From Eubacteriales bacterium (lineage in GTDB: Bacteria > Bacillota > Clostridia > Oscillospirales > CAG-272), in assembly GCA_045121315.1 (NCBI GenBank), contig JBGVFW010000281.1, positions 1 to 42,980 on the forward strand: a DNA stretch of 42,980 bases, in the 5' to 3' direction. The translations under genes were made by a program, and so were the position numbers. This document shows, in pieces, positions 22,834 to 32,537 of the stretch (positions within the stretch are counted from its first letter, which is position 1; every line of letters begins with the position of its first letter). Below the pieces are notes generated by a model that saw only the letters and a list, made by a program, of their open reading frames with translations, ran no database searches and was not told the DNA's origin.

Positions 22834-25800
22834 ATGAATATTCTGAAAAAATCCATATCTGTGTTTATCTGCGTCTGGCTGATTGTCAGTTCATTTTTGC
22901 TGGTCATGCCGATCGGTGTTGTAGCTGCCGAGGCAAACAGTGCGAATTCGTTCAAGGGAAACGTGACCGTTGACTTGACCGCATGGTATAAGAATACACC
23001 GCGATTCTTCAGCACCTTGTCGTCGGGATACAAAACGGACGCATTTTGCATTGAGCCTGCAAAAGCACCTCCCTTTACTGATTCAATGACCTTTGGTGGG
23101 AAGTACGTCAGTCCGGTAACAAACGAAATCGTCCTAAATGTTTTGTACTACGGATATAACGCTCCCGGATTTAATCTGCAAAGTTCAGCTTTTAACACCG
23201 GCAATAATTCCTTTGCCAAAACATCAAAGGGTGCGATGCTCTTTTTCCGAAATCGTGACAATCTCGCCGCAGGATTGGACGAGGACGCTTTTCTCTATAC
23301 CTTTACACATTACGCGCTCTCTTACGCCATGTATGGTGCGGACACGGCGTTTGGTGTGAATCCGGGCTTTGACGAATACACCTACAAAAACGCTGTGACA
23401 AGCTATGTTGCGGCGATAACAAACGGAGTTAAGGCAGGAACCTTGCCAAACAGAAAACCGTTTCTTCGCGCATACATGATTAACTACGGTTCCGGAAGTC
23501 AGAACATCATCTTCCCTGTTTACAGAATGCGCTTAGAGTTTGACAAAGCAAGCACCAATCCTGTCTTTACAAATAACAATAATTTGTATTCGTTTGACGG
23601 TGCGCAGTTTGTCGTTTTTAAGAACAACAAGGACGCGGCTGATACGGCGAGAACAAAAGAGCAGAATACCAATGAACGAAAAGCAGGAGCGATTACAAAG
23701 GGCGGCGCTGTTTCGTATATCTATACCGACAGCACCGGCAAGGGCTTTTTCAAAAACTTTGGTTATGGCGCTGACAACACCGACTATGCAATCGTAGATA
23801 TTGACAATTACTATGTTATAGAATATCGCTCGCCGAACGGCTATGCCCTGAACAATGACTATTACGGTTTCACTGATTCGGGCGAGGTTGACGATAACGG
23901 ATTGCCGATATACCGTATCAGCAGCCCTCTGAAAGCTGCGAACGGCAAACCTGCTTTTCCGAACGAGCCGCGACTGGAGCTGAGAATTCAAAAGCGTTCG
24001 GCTAATACCTCTATCACGGACGGCAACAAGTGTTACAGTCTGAAGAACGCAGAATATGGGATTTATGATTCCAAAGCAGACGCGGAGAACAATACCAATC
24101 TGCGCGGCGTGATTGTGACCGACGAGAACGGTAAAGGTACCTATTCCAATTCACAAGGCAGCTCTATACCCGCAAAGGATTTTTGGGGAAAGGAGCTGAA
24201 AGCGTCCAACGCTTATGCGCTCGATACAGAACCGCACCATTTCCTGTATGCCGGTCTCTACAACGGCGAGGGCTTCCCTGTCTATTCCTTTGACAGCGAG
24301 GAGCCGCCTTTGTCTGACCCGATTACAGTCTTACTGCAAAAGTATGACAAAACAACGGGTAAAGGCAGTAATCAGGAAAAACTTGCCAATGCAGAGTTCA
24401 CGATCAATTTCTATCCCGACTATTACAGCTCTGTTGATGAAATCGGTGATACTCAGCCGTTGAGAAGTTGGGTTTTTAAAACAAATAAGAATGGTATTCT
24501 ACAATTCTACGAGAAAGATAAAGTATCTGGAGATGATTTTTGGTATGATGATTTTTATGGTACTTTACGCCCAACCATTCCCTACGGCACAATCACTGTG
24601 CAGGAAACCAAAGCGCCCGACGGCTATCTGATTAACCCGGAGGTTTTTCTGGCTAACATTGACGACAGCGGTGGAAATATTTCATGGCGTACAACCAATG
24701 AGAACGTTGACGAATCTGTCTTGCTGTTCCCCGAAACGCCTGTGCCTAGCAAAACGTATATTTCCAAAACGGATATTACCGGTACAAAAGAGATTGCCGG
24801 AGCGAAGCTGCAAGTTAGCGACGCACAGGGAAACAAGGTTGACGAATGGACTTCCACCAATGAACCGCACTATATTGAAGGTCTTGAAAGAGGTATGACC
24901 TATACGCTCACGGAAAAGATTCCTGCTGACGGTTATGCAACCGCCAACAAAATCACCTTTACGGTCAATGAGGACGGTTCTCCGACGTATGTTACCATGA
25001 AGGACGATACGATTAAGTATGAGTTCGTCAAGGTGGACGACACAGGAAAGCGCATTGCCAACGCGCAGCTGTCTGTGCGTGATTCCAATCGGAAGATTGT
25101 GGAGCAATGGGTTACGGACGGCAAAACCAATCATCAGATTATCGGAAAGCTGATCGTCGGTCAGAAGTATTTTCTGACGGAGGACAGAGCGCCCGACGGT
25201 TATCTGAAAGCAGAGGACGTTGAATTTACCGTTAAGGACACGCCGGAGTTGCAGACGATTACCATGACGGACATGCCGACAACAACGCGTATCTTAAAGG
25301 TTGACGAGAACGGCGCGCCTGTGGTCGGTGCTAAACTGGAACTTTACGAATCAAAAGGTCAGTTGGTACTGGCATGGACGACCGACGGTACAGCTAAAGA
25401 AATCAAATGGCTTTCTGCTGATAAGGAATATGTTCTGCGTGAAGCGCAGGCACCGGACGGATACGCTACTGCAAGCGAAATCCGATTCAAGGTGAAAGCT
25501 GACGGCAGCGTAACGACTGTCAGAATGGTGGATCCGAAAATCGAAATGAGATTTTCCAAAGTGAATGAAAAAGGACAGCGCATTGCCGGTGCGCAGTTGC
25601 AGATTCTCAATGCCAACAACAGTGCGGTCGTCGTACCCACATGGACTTCAAGCGCTGTTTCCGACTATGTTGTCAAGGGTAAACTTGTCGCCGGACAGGA
25701 ATACCGTCTGCATGAAGTGAAAGCTCCGGACGGCTATTCGCTTGCGGAAGATATCACATTCCGCGTCGAGGATACCGCAAAACCGGTAACTATCAAAATG

Positions 25801-27342
25801 ACAGACCTTCCAACCGGCGTATTTATTGATAAGGTGTCCAACGGTCAGCCGGTTATCGGTGCAAAGCTGCGGCTTACCGACACAACAGGCAATACCATTC
25901 TGGAATGGACTTCCGACGGCAATCCGAAGGAGGTCAAAGGTCTGACGGTCAACGCTGAATATGTGCTGACGGAGATTGCACCGCCGGACGGATATGTGAC
26001 AGCCAGTCCGGTGAAATTCAAAGTAAAATCCGGAGTGACTTACGTTCGCATGAACGACCCGAAAACAGTTGCTTTTTTTGGAAAGCGAGAGCCGGGTTCA
26101 AACGTATTTGTCTCCGGCGCGCGTCTCCAGATTTTGGATATTCAGACAAACGAAGTGATTGACGATTGGATTACCGAGAGCTCCTATCATAAAGTGTCAG
26201 GACTGTTGAAGATCAACCATAAGTATCGCTTGCATGAGGTTGAAACACCGAAGGGCTATGCGTTTGCCGAAGATTTGGAATTTACGATGGAGGATAATAC
26301 CAGAGTTGATTTCTACGATATGTACGAACCGACAACCACTACTTACGTATCCAAAAAGGCGCTGACCGGTAATGATGAAATTCCCGGCGCGCTTTTAACT
26401 ATCACGGATAGTGAAGGCAGAGTGGTTGCAGAGTGGACTTCTACTACCAGAAGTAAAATCATTCGCGGTTTGGCAATCGGAGAAACCTACACACTGACGG
26501 AGCGTATTCCTGCAAACGGATATACAACCGCTGAATCCATCACGTTCCGGATTCACGAGAGAGGATATGCAACCGAGATAACGATGCGCGACGCACCGAC
26601 CTCTATTCGTATCTTGAAGGTTGACGAAAAAAACAACCCATTGAGCGGTGTGCAGCTGCAAGTCCTTGACGATTCCGGAAATGTTTTTGTTCCGACGTGG
26701 ACAACCGACGGTACTCCCTATGATATTACAGGCAAACTTATCGTCAATCAGACGTACTACCTGCATGAAGTCAAAACCATCAAGGGCTATGATTTAGCGC
26801 CTGACGTAAAGTTTACCGTCAAGGACACACCTGATGTTCAGACGGTTACTATGGTAAACAAGGCTACGCTCGGCTCTCTTACCATTCACAAAACAGATGG
26901 ATATGGCAGAGCGCTGACCGGTGCGGAATGGAAGATAACCGACGAAAACGGCAAACGGCTTCGTTTTGTCGCAAATCCTGATGGCAGTTATTCTTATGAC
27001 AGCGCCGGAAGTGTTCGGGTAATCAAGTCAAACACATCTTCTGTAACGGTTGATAAGCTGCCGATAGGTCTGTATTATGTCACCGAAACCAAAGCACCGA
27101 ACGGAAAAACACCCTATGGTGAAAAGATTCCGGTTAGAATTTCCGCAGATAACACTTCTACCCTTAACGCAGACATTACAGTTAAGGATAATAATATCGT
27201 TATGTACAACACCGGTTCCTCCGGCGTAGTACCCCTGTATTGCGCAGGAGCAATCTCGCTTGTTGCTGCAATAGCAATAGCATTTGTTTATAAAAGAAAA
27301 CGCAGTAAGAAAAACGCCGGTAATGGCGTTTTTAATTTTTAG
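22834..27342 (+). CDS. Large cell-surface adhesin: N-terminal thioester-like domain + about 9 CnaB/SpaA-type repeats + wall-anchor-like C-terminus
   Basis: ATG 22834 with SD AGGAGG and a signal peptide. DAFCIEP and GSGSQNIIF motifs. Recurring Y.L.E..AP.GY boxes. C-terminal YNTGS + TM + KRKRSKK. Confidence 0.85.
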   Translation: MNILKKSISVFICVWLIVSSFLLVMPIGVVAAEANSANSFKGNVTVDLTAWYKNTPRFFSTLSSGYKTDAFCIEPAKAPPFTDSMTFGGKYVSPVTNEIVLNVLYYGYNAPGFNLQSSAFNTGNNSFAKTSKGAMLFFRNRDNLAAGLDEDAFLYTFTHYALSYAMYGADTAFGVNPGFDEYTYKNAVTSYVAAITNGVKAGTLPNRKPFLRAYMINYGSGSQNIIFPVYRMRLEFDKASTNPVFTNNNNLYSFDGAQFVVFKNNKDAADTARTKEQNTNERKAGAITKGGAVSYIYTDSTGKGFFKNFGYGADNTDYAIVDIDNYYVIEYRSPNGYALNNDYYGFTDSGEVDDNGLPIYRISSPLKAANGKPAFPNEPRLELRIQKRSANTSITDGNKCYSLKNAEYGIYDSKADAENNTNLRGVIVTDENGKGTYSNSQGSSIPAKDFWGKELKASNAYALDTEPHHFLYAGLYNGEGFPVYSFDSEEPPLSDPITVLLQKYDKTTGKGSNQEKLANAEFTINFYPDYYSSVDEIGDTQPLRSWVFKTNKNGILQFYEKDKVSGDDFWYDDFYGTLRPTIPYGTITVQETKAPDGYLINPEVFLANIDDSGGNISWRTTNENVDESVLLFPETPVPSKTYISKTDITGTKEIAGAKLQVSDAQGNKVDEWTSTNEPHYIEGLERGMTYTLTEKIPADGYATANKITFTVNEDGSPTYVTMKDDTIKYEFVKVDDTGKRIANAQLSVRDSNRKIVEQWVTDGKTNHQIIGKLIVGQKYFLTEDRAPDGYLKAEDVEFTVKDTPELQTITMTDMPTTTRILKVDENGAPVVGAKLELYESKGQLVLAWTTDGTAKEIKWLSADKEYVLREAQAPDGYATASEIRFKVKADGSVTTVRMVDPKIEMRFSKVNEKGQRIAGAQLQILNANNSAVVVPTWTSSAVSDYVVKGKLVAGQEYRLHEVKAPDGYSLAEDITFRVEDTAKPVTIKMTDLPTGVFIDKVSNGQPVIGAKLRLTDTTGNTILEWTSDGNPKEVKGLTVNAEYVLTEIAPPDGYVTASPVKFKVKSGVTYVRMNDPKTVAFFGKREPGSNVFVSGARLQILDIQTNEVIDDWITESSYHKVSGLLKINHKYRLHEVETPKGYAFAEDLEFTMEDNTRVDFYDMYEPTTTTYVSKKALTGNDEIPGALLTITDSEGRVVAEWTSTTRSKIIRGLAIGETYTLTERIPANGYTTAESITFRIHERGYATEITMRDAPTSIRILKVDEKNNPLSGVQLQVLDDSGNVFVPTWTTDGTPYDITGKLIVNQTYYLHEVKTIKGYDLAPDVKFTVKDTPDVQTVTMVNKATLGSLTIHKTDGYGRALTGAEWKITDENGKRLRFVANPDGSYSYDSAGSVRVIKSNTSSVTVDKLPIGLYYVTETKAPNGKTPYGEKIPVRISADNTSTLNADITVKDNNIVMYNTGSSGVVPLYCAGAISLVAAIAIAFVYKRKRSKKNAGNGVFNF

Positions 27343-27351
27343 GAGGTAAAC

Positions 27352-28860
27352 ATGATGAAAAAATACTTCACAAAATCAATCACAATTATTTTGGCGGCTG
27401 TGCTGTTGATTATGATGGCAGTTCCGTTCGCTTCGGCGGCAACCTTACTTAACGAGGATTTGAAGGTTTCCGTTACACTCAACTGCGATAAAGGAGGCTA
27501 CACCTTTGAACTTTTCGAGGTCGCCGCGCTCAAGACCAAAACAGACAGCCCTTACGAAACGTACTATGAGCCGCTTTTTGACGGCATTGCGGACGAAGTA
27601 AAGTCCGGCAAGACCAAAGACATTCTTGCCAAGCTCGATGAAATCTCTCCGGTCAACACCGATATGCCTTCAACTGCAATTTCCTATGGTTATTTTACTT
27701 CTTCTGAGAGCAGCAAAACAAAGACGTTCTCTGATCTCGAGCAGGGCATTTACTACGTCAAGTGCGTTAAGTTTCCTGCGGGCGTAAAGGCTGTTGAAAA
27801 CTCTGTATTTGCTCTGCCTTATTACGAAAACAATTCTTGGGTTTATACGCTCGACCCCATCAATCTTGCAACTAAAGTTGCGGACGATACGCCTACTACA
27901 GTAAAGGAAATTACCAATTCCACAAAGAACAATGTCAATTATACCGACGTTTCCATTGGCGACACCGTAGACTATGCGTTATATAATACTACCGCAGGCT
28001 CTATCGCGTATAAGCTCGAACAGTATACCGTTAAGGACAAAATGAGCAAAGGACTTACCTTTGACAGCAGTTCGGTTAAGGTCTATCTTGCAGACAGCAA
28101 CAAGACAAAGATCGCTGACCTCACAAAAGACACTGATTATAAGCTGAATATTACTTCTCAGGGCGATGGTAAGGACACTGAATTTAACATTGCGCTGACT
28201 AAAACCTATCTCGCAGAGAACGACTTCTACGCAGAAAATGTTGCATATGTGATCGCAACCTATTCAGCTGTTCTCAATAAACACAGCGTTATCGGCGCGG
28301 CAGGAAACCCTAATGACGATATTGAACTTGTCTATGGCAATCAGTCCTCCGTTGACAGTGTTCCCGGAAACCGCGTTTATACTTATACCTACGGTGTTGG
28401 CGTAATGAAGCTCAACGAGAGCGGTACTGCTTTAAGCGGAGCAAAATTTAGTATCTTCAAGACAAACGCTGATGCAGAAGCAAAGCAGAACGCGCTTGGT
28501 ACAGGCGTATCCGGCGCAGATGGTAAAGTTGTTTTCCTTAACGACAAAGAGGAAGAAGTCAAAGTTGCAAGCGGCGATTACTTTATTGCAGAGGTGGAAG
28601 CTCCGGAGGGCTATAACATCTACGGCAAGGTAATTCCTGTCAAGATTGAAGCAACCTACCATGAAGCAATTACCAATGAAACTTGGGTTAAAAACTGCCC
28701 TGCCGACGGTGCGGCGGTTGTAACGGTAACTGACACCAAGCTGATTGTACCGCAGACCGGCGGCTATGTGATGTACCTTTATATCGCAGGCGCTGTTTCC
28801 CTGATTCTCGGCGGCGTTCTTTTCGCTCTGTCCCGCAGAACCAAAAAGACAACTAAATAA
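27352..28860 (+). CDS. Sortase-assembled pilin/fimbrial shaft subunit
   Basis: Signal peptide. E-box-like YFIAEVEAPEGY. Sorting signal VPQTG + TM + RRTKK. Confidence 0.8.
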   Translation: MMKKYFTKSITIILAAVLLIMMAVPFASAATLLNEDLKVSVTLNCDKGGYTFELFEVAALKTKTDSPYETYYEPLFDGIADEVKSGKTKDILAKLDEISPVNTDMPSTAISYGYFTSSESSKTKTFSDLEQGIYYVKCVKFPAGVKAVENSVFALPYYENNSWVYTLDPINLATKVADDTPTTVKEITNSTKNNVNYTDVSIGDTVDYALYNTTAGSIAYKLEQYTVKDKMSKGLTFDSSSVKVYLADSNKTKIADLTKDTDYKLNITSQGDGKDTEFNIALTKTYLAENDFYAENVAYVIATYSAVLNKHSVIGAAGNPNDDIELVYGNQSSVDSVPGNRVYTYTYGVGVMKLNESGTALSGAKFSIFKTNADAEAKQNALGTGVSGADGKVVFLNDKEEEVKVASGDYFIAEVEAPEGYNIYGKVIPVKIEATYHEAITNETWVKNCPADGAAVVTVTDTKLIVPQTGGYVMYLYIAGAVSLILGGVLFALSRRTKKTTK

Positions 28861-28875
28861 TTAAACGATACAACA

Positions 28876-28899
28876 AGGGGCGGCCTTACGGCTGCCCCT
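28876..28899 (+). terminator. GC-rich hairpin (possible attenuator; no T-run)
   Basis: AGGGGCGGCC-ttac-GGCTGCCCCT between the pilin and sortase genes. Confidence 0.35.
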
Positions 28900-28912
28900 G
28901 AAACTTAATACT

Positions 28913-29773
28913 ATGAAAAAAATAATTATTCTTTCTTTGACACTCATTTTGGCAGGTTTCAGCCTTTTTTGTTTTTGCTATCCGTTTATCAGCAATCTGA
29001 TCAACGAGCATTACAACGAAAGTAAAATCAATGCGTATAACGATAATATAGACACTATTGAACAAAACGAGATCAACTCTTATTTCCATCAAGCAGAAGA
29101 TTACAATCGGCTGCTCGCAACCGATTTTTATGATAAAGCTGCTGAATCCGACGAAAGCTATCGCCGGATCATCAACAGCTATTTTGATATTTTGAATATC
29201 GACAACGGTATAATGGGATATATAGAAATCCCTGCCATTAACGTAAATCTGCCAATTTATCACGGTGAGAGCGAGGAAATACTGACCAAGGGCGCTGCCC
29301 ATCTGGAACGCACTTCCTTTCCAATCGGCGGCAACAGCACTCACGCTTGCATATCGGCACACAGCGGATTCCCGACACAAAAGTTTTTCGACGACATAGA
29401 TGAATTGGAAACAGGCGACACGATAACGATTAAAGTTCTGGATAGAACATTGTTGTACACGGTTTATGCAAACGAAGTGGTTGAGCCGGACGACGCCAGT
29501 AAGCTGCAAGTGATTAGTGGTGAGGATATTTTAACATTAGTGACTTGCTACCCGTATGGAATAAACAGTCACAGATTGCTTGTTCACGCACGGAGAACAC
29601 CGGTTGAAGTCAACAAAGAAGCTACGCATGACAGCACAACTCAGATAGCTGCAAAGCCGGAAAGAAACACCAATCATAAAGCCGTTCTATTTGGCTCTGT
29701 AATCGCCGTTACAGGGACTTTAGCGGTTTTGGGTATAGTTTTATTAAAACGAAAGAAAAACGCAAGGAGATGA
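28913..29773 (+). CDS. Class C (pilus-polymerising) sortase
   Basis: IPAINVNLPIYHGESEEILTKGAAHL, ACISAHSGF (His), LTLVTCYPYGINSHRLLVHARR (Cys/Arg), C-terminal TM + KRKKNARR. Confidence 0.9.
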   Translation: MKKIIILSLTLILAGFSLFCFCYPFISNLINEHYNESKINAYNDNIDTIEQNEINSYFHQAEDYNRLLATDFYDKAAESDESYRRIINSYFDILNIDNGIMGYIEIPAINVNLPIYHGESEEILTKGAAHLERTSFPIGGNSTHACISAHSGFPTQKFFDDIDELETGDTITIKVLDRTLLYTVYANEVVEPDDASKLQVISGEDILTLVTCYPYGINSHRLLVHARRTPVEVNKEATHDSTTQIAAKPERNTNHKAVLFGSVIAVTGTLAVLGIVLLKRKKNARR

Positions 29774-29777
29774 AAAT

Positions 29778-30629
29778 ATGGAGAGTTTGGATAGTTCGGG
29801 CAGGCGGATGTATTCGGTGCTTTTCATAAAGAGCGTCAATCAAACAACCGTTCTGGAAGAATATCAATACGGAGATATGATAGTCAGACTTCCACTTGGA
29901 GCATTGTTGTTTACTGTCGTGGAAGCTGAATTGCAACATACAGAGATCACGCCACCGCATGTTTTGTATGACCTCTATTATCTCTCGGAAGCGGAGAAAA
30001 AGCAGATTGCACGGCTGACAGAATATGTCGTAAAAATCAGTCAGGGAGACGAAGCGTTTGACCGTAGTTCTCTTAAAAACCTTTATTACACTATTCTTCC
30101 TCGCGGTCATGACTTCTGTTATTTGTTTGACAACTCTGAACGATACCGGTTCCGACGGCTGCGTTCAAAGCTGACATTACCATTTGGAAATACCACTGAA
30201 TTCGTTTTCAAAAAGCTCGCCGAAAAGTACGCGAGTTTTTCTTTCTCGGCGCAGACAGAATTTCATACACTGACAGAGTTGTGTGCTCTTTCGCTTTTTG
30301 AAATACTTGAAAGTGGACAAATTGTCCATCGCTGTGAATGTGGCAGATGGTATGTTGCTGAACCTTTGACGAAGGAATGCGATAGCTGTAAAAGGCAAAA
30401 AACAACTGACTATAACAGAAGTTACAGTAAGAGAAAAACCGTGCAGGAGTTCAAAAGAGTCTACAACAAGTTATTCATGCGAACAACACGAAATACGCAA
30501 TCGATCTCTGATACACAACTCTTTGAAGCGTTCAAAAATGAGTGGGCATTGTTAAAGATAAAATATCACAACTCGCCGGATTTTGAACAAAAGAAAATAG
30601 AATTTTTACAATCTGAAAGGTGGAAATAA
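29778..30629 (+). CDS. Hypothetical zinc-ribbon protein, distant relative of 6079..6792 / 6818..7531
   Basis: LSLFEILESGQIVHRCECGRWYV...CDSCKRQ aligns with ILFYEIIKANRK...IIRCKRCNRIFA...YC...C. A helical basic C-terminal half follows, as in the pair. Confidence 0.6.
   Translation: MESLDSSGRRMYSVLFIKSVNQTTVLEEYQYGDMIVRLPLGALLFTVVEAELQHTEITPPHVLYDLYYLSEAEKKQIARLTEYVVKISQGDEAFDRSSLKNLYYTILPRGHDFCYLFDNSERYRFRRLRSKLTLPFGNTTEFVFKKLAEKYASFSFSAQTEFHTLTELCALSLFEILESGQIVHRCECGRWYVAEPLTKECDSCKRQKTTDYNRSYSKRKTVQEFKRVYNKLFMRTTRNTQSISDTQLFEAFKNEWALLKIKYHNSPDFEQKKIEFLQSERWK
30313..30329. repeat. Palindrome copy 16, GTGGACAAATTGTCCAT (16/17)
   Basis: Inside ORF 29778..30629, read as SGQIVH immediately before the zinc ribbon. 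Confidence 0.85.
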
Positions 30630-30630
30630 A

Positions 30631-31014
30631 GTGATTAACGCGATTGTTTTTGTTGGCAGAGTTTCAACGGAAATCAAAACAAGCAAAACAAAAAACAATA
30701 AAGACTGTTGCAGCTTTCAAATTGCTGTCCAGAGAAATTATCGTGATGATGCAGACTTCCCTCCAATAGCAGCGTATGGTCGTTTTGCTGAGATCATCAG
30801 CGCTTATGTTCAGAAGGGCGATATGATTGGTGTTCGCGCTCATTACCGTTCACACATAAAAAACGAAAAGAAATATCATGAGTTTGTGGTAGAAGAAATC
30901 CAGCTTTTACAACGGAGAGATTCAGAAGGTGAATATAATGATGTTAAAATACCGGTGTCGTCAGATACTGATTTTGACAGTGATGATTTCGATGGCATGG
31001 ATTTGCCTTTCTGA
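30631..31014 (+). CDS. ssb: Single-stranded DNA-binding protein
   Basis: GTG start. OB-fold pattern (INAIVFVGRVSTE...), acidic tail ending DDFDGMDLPF. Confidence 0.85.
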   Translation: MINAIVFVGRVSTEIKTSKTKNNKDCCSFQIAVQRNYRDDADFPPIAAYGRFAEIISAYVQKGDMIGVRAHYRSHIKNEKKYHEFVVEEIQLLQRRDSEGEYNDVKIPVSSDTDFDSDDFDGMDLPF

Positions 31015-31972
31015 TCAGCCAGTCCATGCAAAACCTCGATCGGAACAATACGAAATATCCGAACAAGCTAATATACCGGAGAAGCATTATCAAACTGAGT
31101 TTTGGGTAAAGCCGTTGATTAGCGTAAACATCAACTATCATGACAACGAAAAGACGTATCAGGTGCCGTATGATTCCATTGCTCATACATTACAGAGATT
31201 GAATATTACGCATGATGAAACGGACGTGCTGCCATTTGATGCTGATGAATTCATATATCCGTCTCAGACAATTTCAATTCCAAAAATCGAAGAAAAGCTC
31301 TTTGAGAAAAACGAAATCATTCACTATCAAACGAAGATTATTCCTTCTGATGATTTGCTCGACGGAGAAAGCGTCGTCGTGCAAAAAGGAAGTGACGGCA
31401 AGAAAGCCGTCACCTATAAAGAAGAATACTTCAATGATAAGCTGTGGCACAGATTTCAGATGAAAGAAACAATTCTTGTTCCGGCGCAGAATGAAATTAT
31501 CAAAACCGGAACACAGAATATTATTGAAATCAAAAACGCGGATTTGAAAAATGAAAAATCTGTTTTGGTGAAAACTAAAAATGATGATAAGGATTTTTCG
31601 CTCCCAAAAGTAAAGTTGTCGGAAAAAGACAGAGACTTACTTGAACGATTATTAACCGGTGAATTCGGAAGCAGCTTTACCGGCGCTGCGCTTGTCGCTC
31701 AGGCTATCAAGTGTGCGATCGTTTATGACAAATATACATCAATGGAAAGTCTGATTAGCGGAATGGGATATGTCGGAAGTACAGATATTGGAAAAACGCA
31801 AAGTGCAGTTGACGCGGCAAAATATATTTTTGACGAAAACGGACTGGCTATCAAACACAGATTATTCTACATGTGTACCGAGGACTACTTCAATTCCGAA
31901 CCGGGCAATTTTCATTCTACGCAAAACTTTATTTTACAATACGAAAACGTCAAATTTTTTGACCGTTGGTAG
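30938..31972 (+). CDS. Secreted G5-domain protein with C-terminal cell-wall-hydrolase-like (SleB-type) domain
   Basis: Signal peptide MMLKYRCRQILILTVMISMAWICLSDQPVHA. G5-like DGESVVVQKGSDGKKAVTYKE...IIKTGT. The C-terminal domain call is tentative. Overlaps the ssb 3' end. Confidence 0.6.
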   Translation: MMLKYRCRQILILTVMISMAWICLSDQPVHAKPRSEQYEISEQANIPEKHYQTEFWVKPLISVNINYHDNEKTYQVPYDSIAHTLQRLNITHDETDVLPFDADEFIYPSQTISIPKIEEKLFEKNEIIHYQTKIIPSDDLLDGESVVVQKGSDGKKAVTYKEEYFNDKLWHRFQMKETILVPAQNEIIKTGTQNIIEIKNADLKNEKSVLVKTKNDDKDFSLPKVKLSEKDRDLLERLLTGEFGSSFTGAALVAQAIKCAIVYDKYTSMESLISGMGYVGSTDIGKTQSAVDAAKYIFDENGLAIKHRLFYMCTEDYFNSEPGNFHSTQNFILQYENVKFFDRW

Positions 31973-31984
31973 GAGGACTTCAAA

Positions 31985-32248
31985 ATGGAAAACCAGAAAA
32001 CCGATAAGCTGAAAAAGCTCCTTGAAAAAACCGAAAAAGTCAATGAGCAAATCAAGAAAGAAACGACAACAATATCACAGGCAAAGCAGAAACTAAAAAT
32101 GCTGAACGCACAGAAGAAAAAACTTCAAAAGCAAATTCAAATTGAACAATTTGCGCAGCTCCGCGACGTTCTTGCGGATTACGGAATCAGGAATATCGAA
32201 GATTTTGAAAATTTCATTGACAAATCCGAAAATTCGCAGGCGCAATAA
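31985..32248 (+). CDS. Small coiled-coil protein
   Basis: 87 aa, K/E/Q-rich heptad-like sequence. Located just upstream of the oriT-like region. Confidence 0.5.
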   Translation: MENQKTDKLKKLLEKTEKVNEQIKKETTTISQAKQKLKMLNAQKKKLQKQIQIEQFAQLRDVLADYGIRNIEDFENFIDKSENSQAQ

Positions 32249-32365
32249 AAACGCCGCAACCAACAGAGAAAAGAAAAATACAAATTTGAGGATTTTGCAA
32301 AATGAAAACAGCAAAATCGATTTTGTAAAACTCGCTTTTACGGCTGAGCGCAGTGATTATTTTTT

Positions 32366-32493
32366 GATTTCGGTTTTGCCGAAATCGGGGTTTTAGGGTT
32401 TCTCCCTAACGAGCGAATTTGTATATCACTTTGATATACAAATTCTATGCTCGCAACCCCCAAATCGCAAGCGATTTTTAGGGGGTTAACCCC
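32366..32493. other. Candidate oriT region (cluster of inverted repeats upstream of mobC-relaxase)
   Basis: GATTTCGG-ttttg-CCGAAATC (32366-32386). Perfect 13-bp inverted repeat GAATTTGTATATC-acttt-GATATACAAATTC (32415-32445). CCCCCAAATCGC / GCGATTTTTAGGGGG (32457-32485). No nic site identified. Confidence 0.5.
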
Positions 32494-32537
32494 TTACAGA
32501 AAAAAGAGAAAAAAATCACTCCTTCACGGAGGTCAAA

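Noticed and set aside
23533-25640. Several minus-strand and off-frame ORFs inside the adhesin gene (23533..23991 -, 24682..25134 -, 25359..25640 -, and others).
   Set aside because: They are shadows of the long repeat-rich adhesin frame.
28886-29509. 207-aa minus-strand ORF.
   Set aside because: It lies antisense to the class C sortase gene, which has unambiguous catalytic motifs.
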